Shown here one piece after another: positions 23,996 to 36,040 of a DNA stretch of 64,000 bases; positions within the stretch are counted from its first letter, which is position 1, and each line of letters begins with the position of its first letter. Origin of the DNA: Lytechinus pictus (taxonomy: Eukaryota). The notes under the pieces were generated by a model. The model saw only the letters and a program-made list of their open reading frames with translations, did no database searches and had not been told where the DNA came from. The position numbers were made by a program, and so were the translations under genes. The stretch is from positions 16,990,001 to 17,054,000 of the forward strand of contig NC_087250.1 of assembly GCF_037042905.1 (NCBI RefSeq), in the 5' to 3' direction.

Positions 23996-24501
23996 TTGTA
24001 CAACGCTTACTTAGTTTGTTGTACTCCAGCAAATGGGAGGCTGAATGTCAAACATTCGTACCGATGCACAAAAGACGTACCATCCAAAATGTACCGTTGC
24101 ACGGCTTTAGGAGATGACGTCACAATAAGATTTAATTCATTGCGCTCAGTAAAAATGAAGGTGCAATACGCGTATAAGCCTGCTGGCTAAATGTGCAATG
24201 CTGCCCAAGGTCATGTGCGCTTGTGGGATTTTGCTTTTCGCTTTCAGTATTTTTGCTCCCTTTTCATAGATTCCTACAGGGAAAAACTCTTGTTTTGTCA
24301 TATTTTCGCTAAATTCCGAGGCGTTGTACAACACAAATAGCGAATATTCTTATTCGTGCGATGGTGCGAGATTTCGCATTCGGCGAAAGGAAGAGACGCT
24401 CTATTCAACTCGGCTAACGCCTCGTTGAATAGAGCATCTTTCCTTCACCTCATGCGAAATCTCGCACCATCGCACTCATGCCTATTCGCTATTTGTATAT
24501 T
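23996..24501 (-). mobile_element. Uninterrupted copy of the about 510-bp hairpin-core repeat
   Basis: Reverse complement of 11991-12199 plus 15079-15370. The ORF track shows near-identical peptides (23996+ vs 15101-, 24356+ vs 11915-). Confidence 0.85.
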
Positions 24502-24573
24502 ATCGAAAGCCAATAATTTGTTGGGTTTTTTCTTAAGGGAAACACTCAGCTGAATTTCTAAATTTCAGCTCTG

Positions 24574-24720
24574 GGGTCCGTTGCAGAAAGAGTTGCATTT
24601 AAACGCAAGTCAAAAAAATCAATCGCAAGTCCCAAATGCGCGCTGTTGATTGGTTGAAAATCAAGTTATGCTTGATTTTTTAGAGTTGCGATTGATTGCA
24701 ACTCTTTCTGCAACGGGACC
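24574..24720. mobile_element. PIF/Harbinger-type MITE
   Basis: CTG|GGGTCCGTTGCAGAAAGAGTTGC...GCAACTCTTTCTGCAACGGGACC|CAG. Confidence 0.8.
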
Positions 24721-24903
24721 CAGGTCTGGGTTTCTTGACATGTACTTTTTCTTTCAAAATAATTGCGGTTTCTCATGCAGGTACAATCGTAGGCAAAGTC
24801 ATTATCTGTATCATTGATAATTATCTCAAATGTTTCAAGACAATTAAGCTATTTAGAGCACACACATGGTTGTCCAATTCGTTTCCCCTTTTAAACTCAC
24901 CTG

Positions 24904-25122
24904 GGCCCCGTTGTACAAAGAGTTACGATTGATCCGATCAATCGTAACTCTATGGAAATCCATCAGTGTCATAATTTTTTCTACGGGAAATTTGCAAAAT
25001 GTCCTTTGTAATCAAAGGAGAACATCCCAAATTGTCAAGAAATCAATGAATTTATGGATATGCATTCATATCTATATTTTGCATTTCGTATGTTGACTTT
25101 GCTGGCTTTGTACAACGGGGCC
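24904..25122. mobile_element. PIF/Harbinger-type MITE
   Basis: CTG|GGCCCCGTTGTACAAAG...CTTTGTACAACGGGGCC|CAG. Confidence 0.8.
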
Positions 25123-25360
25123 CAGGTGTAACACCAATACGTGCAGTAACTGTTTTATATGCAACGACAACTGTACAGGGTGTATTATAAATCACGCGTA
25201 CACTACAGACTAAAACTTCAACTTCAAGAAACATGACAAACTAAACGTGGCAAATGCTCGGGGTAAAAGTAATATATAGGCTTATAGGCTTTGGTATCAT
25301 AGCACAACATATCATATTGATATGGTAATAAATATGAATGTAGCAACAGTACAGTTACAT

Positions 25361-26605
25361 TTATCGCAGACACTTTGCAAAAACGGTGTTAGCCATGATT
25401 TCCCTCGCTGTTTTTCGAAACTTGTTGTTTGTCGCAGCATAGACGAATATGTTGCCAATATGGACCACCTCTCTAAGACGGATGAGAAATGCCGTTATTC
25501 CTACGACCCAAGGCTGATTGATTCTCCATAAGAACAACCCGATCTGGGTTGCAAAAACTAGGCCTAAAATGTATGGAATCCAAGCGATGTAGATAATCAG
25601 GGTTAATATGATTATCATTTTGGTTGCCTTGCCGTGGTCGTTTCGATTGACCGCTTTTACAACCGGACGCCGCTCGATGTTTGGTACTACGTCGTCCGTC
25701 ATCGTTTCAGGAAAGTCACGGATTCTTCCGGAAACAGTTGGGATACCCTCAGAGGCAGCCGGATTCCGAACCTGAGATTCTCCCGCCTGTAAGCTGTTAC
25801 CCCCGCGTTCGACGTTTTCGGTAGTGGCAGTTTCACCTCGTCCTTTGGGTAGAGCTGGAGTCCTGGTGCATAGCGTAATGTTCCGTTCAATTCCTGGCTC
25901 TTTGCGATTTTTACAAGTTGCTACAGTGGGGGATGTCTGGGGACCATCTGTTATTGGGACCAGTTCCTTACCTGGCGATTCCAGGGGATAGATGTGCCGG
26001 GAACGAGACTTTCTCAAAAACCAAGCTATTTTACCATACAGAGCAATGACGATGACGAGGCAGGCAACAAAAATGACACACACCGAAACTCGATAAATCA
26101 TCTCGCCCCTTGATCCGATATCTCCGAGAGGCTTGCATCCTGCAGTGCCAAAGAACCTTCCTTTGGCCAATACCACAGAGTGCATCAAGGTCGAGAGTGC
26201 AAGACACGTGGTCAACACGACTACAATGACACAGGGGTTTTGAAACCACAATGCGTTTCCACATACTACAATGTGATACCGATACACTGCTAAGGCTACG
26301 GTCATAAAGAGAGCAGCGTGGCACCCCGCCCGGCTCATGAAAAAGCAGAATTTGCACATCCAGTCATCTCTTATGCTGAAGAAGCCAAAATACAGAGGTG
26401 CTGTAGCACAAACTATGAAGTCAATCACAGCTAACCCCAAGAGCAGGAGATCGGTTGATGTGAACCCTTTGAGGGCGCCATTTTTGCCTGCCCTTCTGCG
26501 TTTCTTGGACATCTTGAAGTAGACCCATATCAGGAAGCCGTTCGCCGGGACGCCGATCAAGAACATCGATCCGTAGATGACCGACATTGTTGCCAGGGTG
26601 GACAT
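25361..26605 (-). CDS. Orphan class A (rhodopsin-like) G protein-coupled receptor, 414 aa
   Basis: Seven hydrophobic segments with class A landmarks: TM1 GVPAN, TM2 LAVID, Cys at the top of TM3 (WMCK) plus an ECL2 Cys, YRY at the DRY position, TM5 LYGKI, a long polar ICL3, TM6 KATKM...IAWIPY, TM7 NIFVY and helix 8 NNKFRK. Confidence 0.9.
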   Translation of the reverse strand: MSTLATMSVIYGSMFLIGVPANGFLIWVYFKMSKKRRRAGKNGALKGFTSTDLLLLGLAVIDFIVCATAPLYFGFFSIRDDWMCKFCFFMSRAGCHAALFMTVALAVYRYHIVVCGNALWFQNPCVIVVVLTTCLALSTLMHSVVLAKGRFFGTAGCKPLGDIGSRGEMIYRVSVCVIFVACLVIVIALYGKIAWFLRKSRSRHIYPLESPGKELVPITDGPQTSPTVATCKNRKEPGIERNITLCTRTPALPKGRGETATTENVERGGNSLQAGESQVRNPAASEGIPTVSGRIRDFPETMTDDVVPNIERRPVVKAVNRNDHGKATKMIIILTLIIYIAWIPYILGLVFATQIGLFLWRINQPWVVGITAFLIRLREVVHIGNIFVYAATNNKFRKTAREIMANTVFAKCLR

Positions 26606-26792
26606 CTTACTATGTGATTGGTCTGTAAGTCGAGAAATGATATGAAAACCGTTTTAGGGAATAAGTAAACGCTTCAGGGCGGAAAGTGGCTTTAAGTGGG
26701 GTCTGGGTAAAAATGTCCTACTCTACAACTAAAAAAACGAACCTTTATAGAAGTTTGGTAGAAGAAATGAGTACATAAACAAGCCTATATTG

Positions 26793-26836
<44 letters not shown>

Positions 26837-26879
26837 ATTATATACAATTATATATACGATATAAAATCTATAATATGAA

Positions 26880-29800
26880 TTACATAATATAAATATAGAA
26901 TATAGATCAAATGGAATATAACAATTTTGATAATCAGTTGAAGTGGGAGATGTGTAAAGCAAAAATAAAGGAGTTCAGCATTAAATATGCTTCTGATGTG
27001 TCAAGGAAGAAGAGGGAACATATAATACACATTAAAAAAAGATATAATCAACTTTGTCAAAAACTAGATAAAGATCAACGTAGCGAAGATGTAGACGAAA
27101 TTAGTCGTTTAAAACGTGAGATCAATAAATGGTATGAATATCAATACAAGGGTGCGTATGTTCGCTCAAGAGCAAGGTGGCTTGAGGTTGGAGAGAAATC
27201 GTCTAAATATTTCTTCCAGCTTGACAAAGCAAAAGGCAAAAAGAAATAAATATACTGTATTGATATTAATGGAAAGATTATTAAGGAAGATGAGAAAATT
27301 TTGTAAAATATACATGAATTCTATACTAAACTGTATCAAAAAGAGGATGTAAGATATGATTTTAAAGACTATATAGGTAACTTAAAGTTCAATGTTTTGA
27401 ATGATGAAGAAGCAAATATATGTGAGGGAAAGCTTACAGGAAATGAATACTGGCTCGCACTAAAGTCAATGAATCTTAACAAGTCTCCTGGTAGTGACGG
27501 CCTAAGTGTTGAATTTTATAAATGTTTTTGGGATGACTTGAAACAGATGGTAGTTGCCATCCTGAATCATGGATATGACAAAACACAATTGTCCTCAACT
27601 CAAAGTCAAGCCATCCTTACTCTTTTGTATAAAAAGGGCAACAAAAATATTCTAGATAATAGACCAGTTCGTAGTTACATCAGGGACAATTTTGGTCAAA
27701 TGACCTTTCATTTATTTCATTTATTATGATAGGCAGATTTCAAAGCAGGATATACCATATGCATGCCTTACATAGCAGGATGAAGAAATTGAATTATACC
27801 AGGTGGTTAGAATAGTACACCATTGAAGACTCCATGAAGGTATTTGTTGCATTTCTACTTTTAATGCATATTATAGCATGTTGTACAATGTACTTGGCAA
27901 ACTGCAGTGAAATACCAGTCGTGGACGCATTTTTGTTCTTTGTGGATGCAAATGAAAAACACAATTGAAAAGACATGAATAATCAAGACACCAAAGTTGG
28001 TGCTTATCTCATTAAATTTTAAACCACCATGCCACTTTAGTACAAATGACCTTTCTCTGATCATGCGCAGAATCTTATGATCATGTGCAGAATGGAACTA
28101 CGAACTGGCTTGGCGGCCCATATCACTCCTTAATATAGACTACAAATTAACAGCTCGTGTTTTGACTGTAAGATTGACGAAAATTATTCATTGCATTGTA
28201 TCTGAAGATCAGTTTGGTTTTTTGAAAAATCGTTCTGCACCTGAATGCATTAGACTTGTACAGGACACAATTGACTTTTGCCAAAGTACTGAGACACCTG
28301 ATATCATCATGTCATTAGACTTTAAGAAAGCCTTTGACACCGTTAATCATAATTTCTTATTCACTTTACTAGAAGAACTTGGTTTTAAACATTCGTTCAT
28401 TAAATGTATTAACACTTTGTCTAAAAACGCCAGTGGTAAAATAATGAATTATGGTTGAATATCCAAAACGTTTTCGATTAATAGGGGTGTAAGACAAGGA
28501 TGTCCATTGTCTACCCTTTTGTTAATCATTTTGGCAGAAGTTTTAGCAGCAAAAGTTTAAAAAAATTCTAAAATTATTTAAGTACCTAACCCTGAATCGG
28601 ATTGTTCAGATTTCATAGATATTCGTATAGTTCAGTATGCAGATGATACTACAATTTTTGCCGATTCTGTCAACTCTGTTAAAGAAATAATGAGAGAAGT
28701 AGAAAACTTTGGTAAAATTGCCGGTCCCAAAATTAATTGGTCGAAATCTAAGTTCATGAGATTAAATATTAATGTCCAAAACACTGGGGAATTAGAATTT
28801 ACAGGAAATGTTATAAAATGTATGGGGGTTTATGTTGGAAAATTTCATAGAGAAGTTGAAAAATTTAAATTGGGAAGGTAAAGTAAAGAAAATAAAAAGT
28901 ACCTTAGATTTATGGAAAATGCAAAAACTAACTTTGTATGGGAAGGTGACTGTCATAAAGCATTTAGTCACTTACCAATTAGAATATACAGCCACAGCAG
29001 TCCCAGTACCCTTGAAAATAATAAATTTGGTAAATAGAATAATACACTCTTTTTTATGGAATTCCAAAGCTGAAAAGGTCAAACGAAATATATGCTGTAA
29101 TTCTGAAATAGAAGGAGGCCTTAGAATGGTCAATTTACTTTACAAATGTTTTTCTCTTCGTTTATCATGGATTCAAAAATATATCTCAGGTGAAAAAAAA
29201 CCATGGAAAATTTTATTCAATTATTGGATCAGTAAAATTTCTGACATTCCTTTGTGTTTGAGATTTAACTGCCAAAAAATGATATAATAAGAATATGCAA
29301 AAAAAAAACAATTACCTGTGTTTTACATTGACCTTTTTAGATCGTGGTCTGAAATAAAGTATATCGCATGTTTAATGTTTGCGATATAAACCAAGAAATT
29401 ATCTGGTATAATAGCAATATAAAACATGAGAAAGAAATGTTATTTTTTCAAAACTGGATCAAAGAGGGAATTTATACATTGGGACAGATTATAGAAGATG
29501 GGAATTGGAAAGATTTTTCATGTATTAGCAACTATTTTAACCGCAGACAATTGCTTACTTCTTTTGAATTGTCAGAACTCAAAAAGGCATTCCTGTATTA
29601 GAGAAATTACGTAATACAAGAACCCCACAAGGGCTACAAACAGAAGAACCCAATGTGATTGAATTAGCTACAGGTGACTCAATAAATGTCGAGAAAATGT
29701 CAGCTAAACACTATTATAGTTTGTTCGTGGATAAATATAAAGAAGAACCCGTTTGTTTACATTTTTGGCAAGATCGTTTAGACCTATCAAATGAATTTAA

Positions 29801-29990
29801 TTGGAGTGAAGTATTTAGATTCAAATTTCAGCAAATTAATGACAATAAAATAAAACAATTTAATTTTAAACTTTTCCATAGACTATTGCCCAGTAAAGAC
29901 AATTTATGCAAATGGGGAATTTCGAATGATAATTTATGTCGTACTTGCAATTGCAAGGAAACTATATGTATTTTCTCTTGTCCATTACTT
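26880..29990 (+). pseudogene. Decayed, 5'-truncated Tx1/L1-clade ORF2, a different family from the 16-23 kb element
   Basis: Frame fragments KWEMCKAKIKEF, RSRARWLEVGEKSSKYFF, NKSPGSDGLSVEFY, LDFKKAFD, GVRQGCPLS, YADD, GGLRM and FNFKLFHRLLP, broken by stops and frameshifts. Confidence 0.9.
27661..28110 (+). mobile_element. 450-bp TIR element without a TSD, inserted in the decayed RT
   Basis: Ends AGACCAGTTCGTAGTT and AACTACGAACTGGCT. Removal rejoins LDN|WRPISLLN. A second copy lies at 62339-62755. Confidence 0.85.
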
Positions 29991-30501
29991 TAATGTGTTG
30001 TATCATTGTGTTGTGTGTTTAATGTGTTGTGTGTTTAATGTGTTGTATCAGCCCCCCAAAATAATATTCCCTCGTCCTATAATATTTTTCCTCCGGGGAA
30101 ATTTCAAGCAAATTTCATAGACACCATGACCTTCTCGCTGTTAGTTTGTTTGAGTTGAGAGAATGGATCTCAGACATCTTATCAAAATTATATTACGTAA
30201 TTCAATCCATTTTTTACCGGGGGAATGACTGTAAATCTATAGATGAGATGGTACTAATTATGAAATATAAAGAATCAGTAAAGAAGTCAATCAAGTCAAG
30301 AGGTGGAGTGGCATGCACCCACTTTCACTGTTCCAAAAGAAAGCTTCCACCTTTTTTTTTCTTCAATTTTTTACGAAGTAATTACCACTTAAGACACGGT
30401 CATTTGAATAAAAGTAATTTAAGTCGAGTACGACATGGTACAGACACCCCTCTTCACTTCCTCTTCATTCGTTCTTCAGTCATTATCCTTGAGCAAAAAC
30501 A

Positions 30502-30745
30502 CGCTGCAAAAACTCCGGTGTTGATTTAACACCAGCCTGGAATCTAGATATGTCCACACCAGAGAAGTGTCAAACAGCACCAGTTTGGTTTTGGTCTAAC
30601 ACCAGATAGGTGTTTATACAACACCAATTAGTATTAAAACAGCATTGGTTTGATTCCAAACTAGTGTTGTTTCAATACTTCTCTGGTGTGTGGACATATA
30701 TAGATTCCGGTCTGGTGTTAAATCAACACCGGAGTTTTTGCAGTG
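30502..30745. mobile_element. Palindromic CACT(G)-ended MITE (CMC/EnSpm-like)
   Basis: CA|CGCTGCAAAAACTCCGGTGTTGATTTAACACCAG...CTGGTGTTAAATCAACACCGGAGTTTTTGCAGTG|CA, with a 2-bp TSD. Confidence 0.75.
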
Positions 30746-31749
30746 CATGCTTCCCTTGTACAAAATCTGTTAATTTTGCCGTCTAACAGGAAAATAAAAA
30801 ACTTCTTCCTTCGTACCACTTTGAACAGATAAATTTTCAGTGATACACTAAGAAACAGAGCACTTTAATAATCGATCAACCACCGGGAGGAGGGGGGAGG
30901 GTATAACAAACCGTGTTCCGATTAATTATTTTCCCGGTCCCTGATAACCACGATATCGCAACCAAATCACGTATCTCGACTCACGTGCATCCGGGAATTC
31001 CTCTATACATGAAAAGTCACAATAACAGGTGCACTGGCATGGATAAGGGCACGGTGGGTGGATAGGGGGATTAAAGACGCGTTTCAAAATAACATGTCTG
31101 TGAATTCGTCGGTATTGACCGCTCCTGAAACCGTTTGTCCGGGTCGGCATATCCGTCCAATGCGTACCAAGATGGTGGATAACAGTCCATTGCATTATCA
31201 ATCACCAATGAAACCAACTTTATTGCTATAGTCACATCTACCATAGATTTCCATAGCCAGGTTAATTGAACAAGGTTGGGGCAAATGTTCTTGCAGGAGG
31301 TGAGAGCGGCGTTCACACAATCAGTCTTTAGACGAACAGCTTTATGAAACATCCACCAGTTATTGTTAATTTACCTCATGCACTAGCTCCACCCTAAATG
31401 TATAATTTGGCGCTATAATTTAGTTCCTTGCGTGGATGTATGATAGAGGACAATGATGATATATTTACCATTCTCAATACCATATCATGACTGACGGTCA
31501 GTATTTTGCATTTCCTGCATGCTTAAAGCAGCCTTGACAAGAAGCTTGGACAAATATACATATAAATAATGGTATCGCATTTTGACCAACTGCATGGCGC
31601 CTGATCGTGGCCACACTTTGAATCTATATTTAGGTCTGCCCCCCTCCCCCTCTGATAATAGGCACCTGTTACGCTGCTGCAACGAGGCGCCTTAAGCACC
31701 CGATGAAGGAAAACAAAATCGGTCTCGCGGGCCTTCGGTCTCGCGGGCT

Positions 31750-32350
31750 GTCACCTGTTGAATTACCATCATAACTTTGAAAGTTTATGGATCTTATTCA
31801 TGAAACTTGGACATAAGAGTAATCAAGTATCACTGAACATCATGTGCAAGTTTCAGGTCACATGATTAAGGTAAATGAACTTTGGCCAAGTTGGGGGTAT
31901 TTGTTGAAATACCATCATAACTTTGATAGTTTATGAATCTGATTCGTGAAACTTGGAAATAAGAGTAATCAAGTATCACTGAACATCCTGTGTGAGTTTC
32001 AGGTCACATGATCAATGTCAAAGGTCATGTAAAGTCAATGAACTCTGGCCATTTTGGGGGTATTTGTTGAATTACCGTCATATCTCTGTAAGTGTATTGG
32101 TCTAGTTCGTAAAACGTGGACATAAGAGTAATCAAGTATCTCTAAACATCTCATGTGAGTTTCAGGTCACATGACCAAAGTCAAAGGTCATTTACGGTCA
32201 TTGATTTTTGGCCATTTTAGAAGTAATTATTAGATTGATGTGTATCATTATATGAATGGTGTTTTTGTGAATAATTATTTTATAGTAGCACTGCTGCTAT
32301 ATTGAATCGCGTGATGCAGGTGAGACCGCCAGAGGCATTCCACTTGTTTT
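31750..32350 (+). mobile_element. Element with internal tandem units of about 150-165 bp (possible Helentron/DINE-like non-autonomous element)
   Basis: Three units containing GAAACTTGGACATAAGAGTAATCAAGTATCACTGAACATC...CAGGTCACATGA. The 3' end is GCAGGTGAGAC, a short spacer, then CTTGTTTT. Confidence 0.5.
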
Positions 32351-33894
32351 GTAAAAATACGTATACGATCAATGCAGAGTGATGATGAAGTCACAGAGTT
32401 CCGCATACATTAAATGATATAATGATCGTGACGCGACAGACAGTTTAATATATTGACCAAGTATACTGTCGGATATCTGGAAGAAACAAAGTCTAAAAGA
32501 AGCCATCAGATTTAATGTAAATTCAAACAAGGATGTTGGAGCAGGAAATAGGGAGATCTGGTAATTCCATCATCCACATTCAATATTGCATTTTCACATT
32601 ATTTGGTAACTCTTAAATCTTATCAGATGTGCTCTTTTCATATTTTAATAGAACTACTACTACAATATTACATTGACAGCATAATTCATCTCGCGTGGAT
32701 ATTTGATGCACAGTTTAGAAATTTTGTAAGAAACAGACGTTGGCGGGTATAATATTCACTCCATAACAATGAAAGAAAATAAATTTCGTTGTGAACTCTT
32801 GAAAAATTCTGATTTTTAAAATAGATAAGTGTATCAACATGAAGTAAAATGGAAATGTATTACTACTGAGATAATGCCGAGGTGAGGAATATAGACATCT
32901 TTACATTTTTATTTTTCACACTGGACCAGAGTTACGAATACAGAATAATAACAATCGTTTAAATCTCGCTTACAGGCAAATGAACGCACTAATGCTGCAG
33001 CAACACTTCCCCTACACCGTAAAAAATATTGGCTAAATTTTTTAATTATTTGTCCAACCAATTTTGGGCAGTATTTTACCCAGTGCGGGAAGCACATTGT
33101 CCAGTAAGGTTAAGAAAATAATCAGCGATTACTGTAGAATGGGCAAAATGTTCATCACACTGGATAAATAAAAATGCCCCAAAGAAATGCCCAATGTAGG
33201 TTGGACACATAATTACCCTCATGGAGCATTTTTACCAAATATTTTTAGGACGTACTATGGCCGGACGGCGAGTCGAAATCAGCCATTTTCTTCATTTTTA
33301 TTCAAACCCCCTATTATGTAGCTGTTATAAGAAAAAATGTTTCAAGCGCTGTTTTTTGGCTCGCGGTACGACCGCCGTACGGCAAATGTGACTACGCCAT
33401 TACTGCTTAATTCGAATCAGAATTGGTCAGTCATTAGCCACGGAATCTAAGAGCTAGCTTCCCCTTTTAACTTTTAAGCAGGAAAGACGAAACTTGTGGG
33501 GGGACGGGGGTCCTGCCCCCCCCTTAAATATGAGGTGGGGCGGACCCCCCTAAAGTTTCGGTTGATAACCTTTTTTCTTTTTTTTTTGCTTGTCCAATTT
33601 TTTAGCTGTGTCCATCCCTAAATTTCAGGGGGACCCCCCTAATTTTTTTGGCTTCCGCCGCCAATATTTTTGATAGATATTTGAATAAAAGTACATTACA
33701 GGAAACACAATTGCTGGATGCACATCATAAAATGAAATAAAGCATTATAACGGGAAATGCCATTGACAAACAAGTCAAAATGTGTGTGGCCCGGCACACT
33801 CCTTTGGGGGACCAGCTTCACTGGTGATAAGCATTGGTCAACTGTGTTACGCATCTCTTACCCGAGACGAATCACACGCACACACACACACCCT

Positions 33895-33958
<64 letters not shown>

Positions 33959-33964
33959 AATTTC

Positions 33965-34400
33965 ACACACATATGTAGGGTCATAATTATCTGCCTCATT
34001 AAATTGACTCCCTCAGATAAACGAAAGAACGAAATCATTATCTTGTGCCACATAGGGAGAAATTTGGAAGGTGGATTTAAAAAATAACAATCAATCACAA
34101 AATGGCCTCTATCTTGATATTATACATGTGTAGTATTATCTTCCTCATTAAATCAATTCCCTTAGACAAACGAAAGAACGAAATCATTATCTTGTGTCAT
34201 GTATATCCAGAATTTAGGGAGAAACTCGGAAAAAAGACCACTATCAATCACAATAAGGCCGCTATCTTGATATGATACATGTGTATTATTATTTGCCTCA
34301 TTAAATTAACTCCCTCAGATAAACGAAAGAACGAAATCATTATCTTGTGGCGTGCATATCTAGAATTTAGGGAGAAACTGGGAAAGCGGATTTTTTAAAT
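33965..34400 (+). repeat. Tandem repeat with a period of about 150 bp
   Basis: AAACGAAAGAACGAAATCATTATCTTGTG occurs at about 34019, 34168 and 34321. The unit resumes after 36040, and a related piece lies at about 39525-39580. Confidence 0.75.
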
Positions 34401-36040
34401 GGCTCCGTGTAAAAATGGCAGAGGTAAAAATGGCAAAGGTAAAAATGGCAAAGGTAAAAATTGCAGAGGTATAAATGGCAAAGGTAATAATGGCAGAGGT
34501 AAGTCCAGGAAAAAAAAGAAATACCAACTCAATTAGGTGCACCTAATTGAGTTGGTATTTCTTTTTTTCCTGGACTTACATGCACGGCCTACTCATGTCG
34601 AATCGCTTTTCTAATATTCAAATTTGAAGCACACATTCGATCCCAAGTATTGTACTCAATTCATTAAAGGGGAAATACACCCTGACATAAAGTTTATTGT
34701 AAAAATAGCAGAAAATGATTAAAATTAATATTGGTGAGGGTTTTAGGGACTCCATCAAAGATTTTTAAAGCTATAAGAATTTTATATTTTAATGGTGGTG
34801 TCATTTGCGAGCAGTTTTTCCCCATATATGGTGCAATAAGAAATATCAATGAAATGTAATTTCCTTATAAAAATAAAATGGTTTTTATTATACCTTAAGT
34901 ATATCAACATACAAATCATTTCACATCCACTCCTGAAAGATTTTTTTGCAATCATGAACCACTGATTAAACAATTGAAAAGTATATATTTTAGTGCATAG
35001 AATACGGGGCAGCTCGACTCGTATATGACGTCACAAATCAAAAACTCAAACTTCTAATAACTTTCTTAATGTTTGATGGGTTTTCCTCAAACCTTCACCC
35101 ACCAATTTTTTTTCCTGCTATTTTTACAGAAAACCATTTGTCAAGGTGAACTTCCCCTTCAAAACAGGTCGATAGAATGGTACTTAAGAAACACCTATAA
35201 ATTTAAATCCCTGATTCGCTACACATTTCCAAATTCATGCGGTAACCGTTACCAAAGCAACTAGTTTAAGAACCTGACACCCACGTGGACTAGCTGCAAA
35301 GGGGTATTGCTCTGAAAAAACTAAACACTAATTGCTATTATTATATCATCTACATTAAACTATACCTATCATATCAATATCAATTCGGATCCATTATGAT
35401 GTTGAAATTTGGAAAAATTACTTTTATTAAGGAACGTTTTTTTATTTTTCTGTTATCCAAGTTATGCAAGTGGTTCGAAGAAATCCAGACTGGTCTATTT
35501 CAGTGTGTTAATGGTAGCTAGCGCACATTAATTGGTGTTTACATTAAAATTCGTTTGGTATGTATGTGATGAAGTGCTGTTCTACTATACGAACTATACG
35601 AAATGGCCAAGAAAAATCCTTTCATCACTCACTAACTAAAATCATTTTGGCATGAAAATATCAACAAAAAAGTATAGACCTAAAATGAAAAAAAAAATAA
35701 TAATATCTAATCTGTTCATAATACTTATTTCGTCAATAGTAGTCCATTCAGGATCAATAATTATGACTGACATTAACTGGCTCTGTCTTTTCCTTGTTGG
35801 TGTAGCATGTCATGATCTTTACCTCTGTCATTTTTACCTCTGCCATCTTTGCCTCTACAATTTTTACCTCTGCTATTATTACATCTGCTATTTTTACTTC
35901 TTCCATCATTACCTCTGCCATTTTCACCTCTGCCATTTTTACCTCAGCTGTTATTACATCTGCTATTTGTACCTCTGCCACGTTTACCGCTACCATTATT
36001 ACCTCTGTCAATTTTAAATCTGCCATTTTCACCTGGCACC
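34401..36040. mobile_element. Foldback-type element with inverted arrays of a 15-bp repeat (TTTACCTCTGCCATT)
   Basis: AAAAATGGCAGAGGT repeats at 34411-34500 and their complement at 35818-36033. GG...CC ends. The host tandem unit resumes at 36041. TSD unclear. Confidence 0.7.
34668..35158. mobile_element. Kolobok-like MITE
   Basis: TTAA|AGGGGAAATACACCCTGAC...GTCAAGGTGAACTTCCCCT|TCAA. Confidence 0.7.

Noticed and set aside
23317..29990. GPCR captured or mobilised between two Tx1 elements
   Set aside because: The two LINEs are different families of different ages. The first has its own A-tail and candidate TSD before the GPCR, and there is no poly-A or TSD around the receptor.
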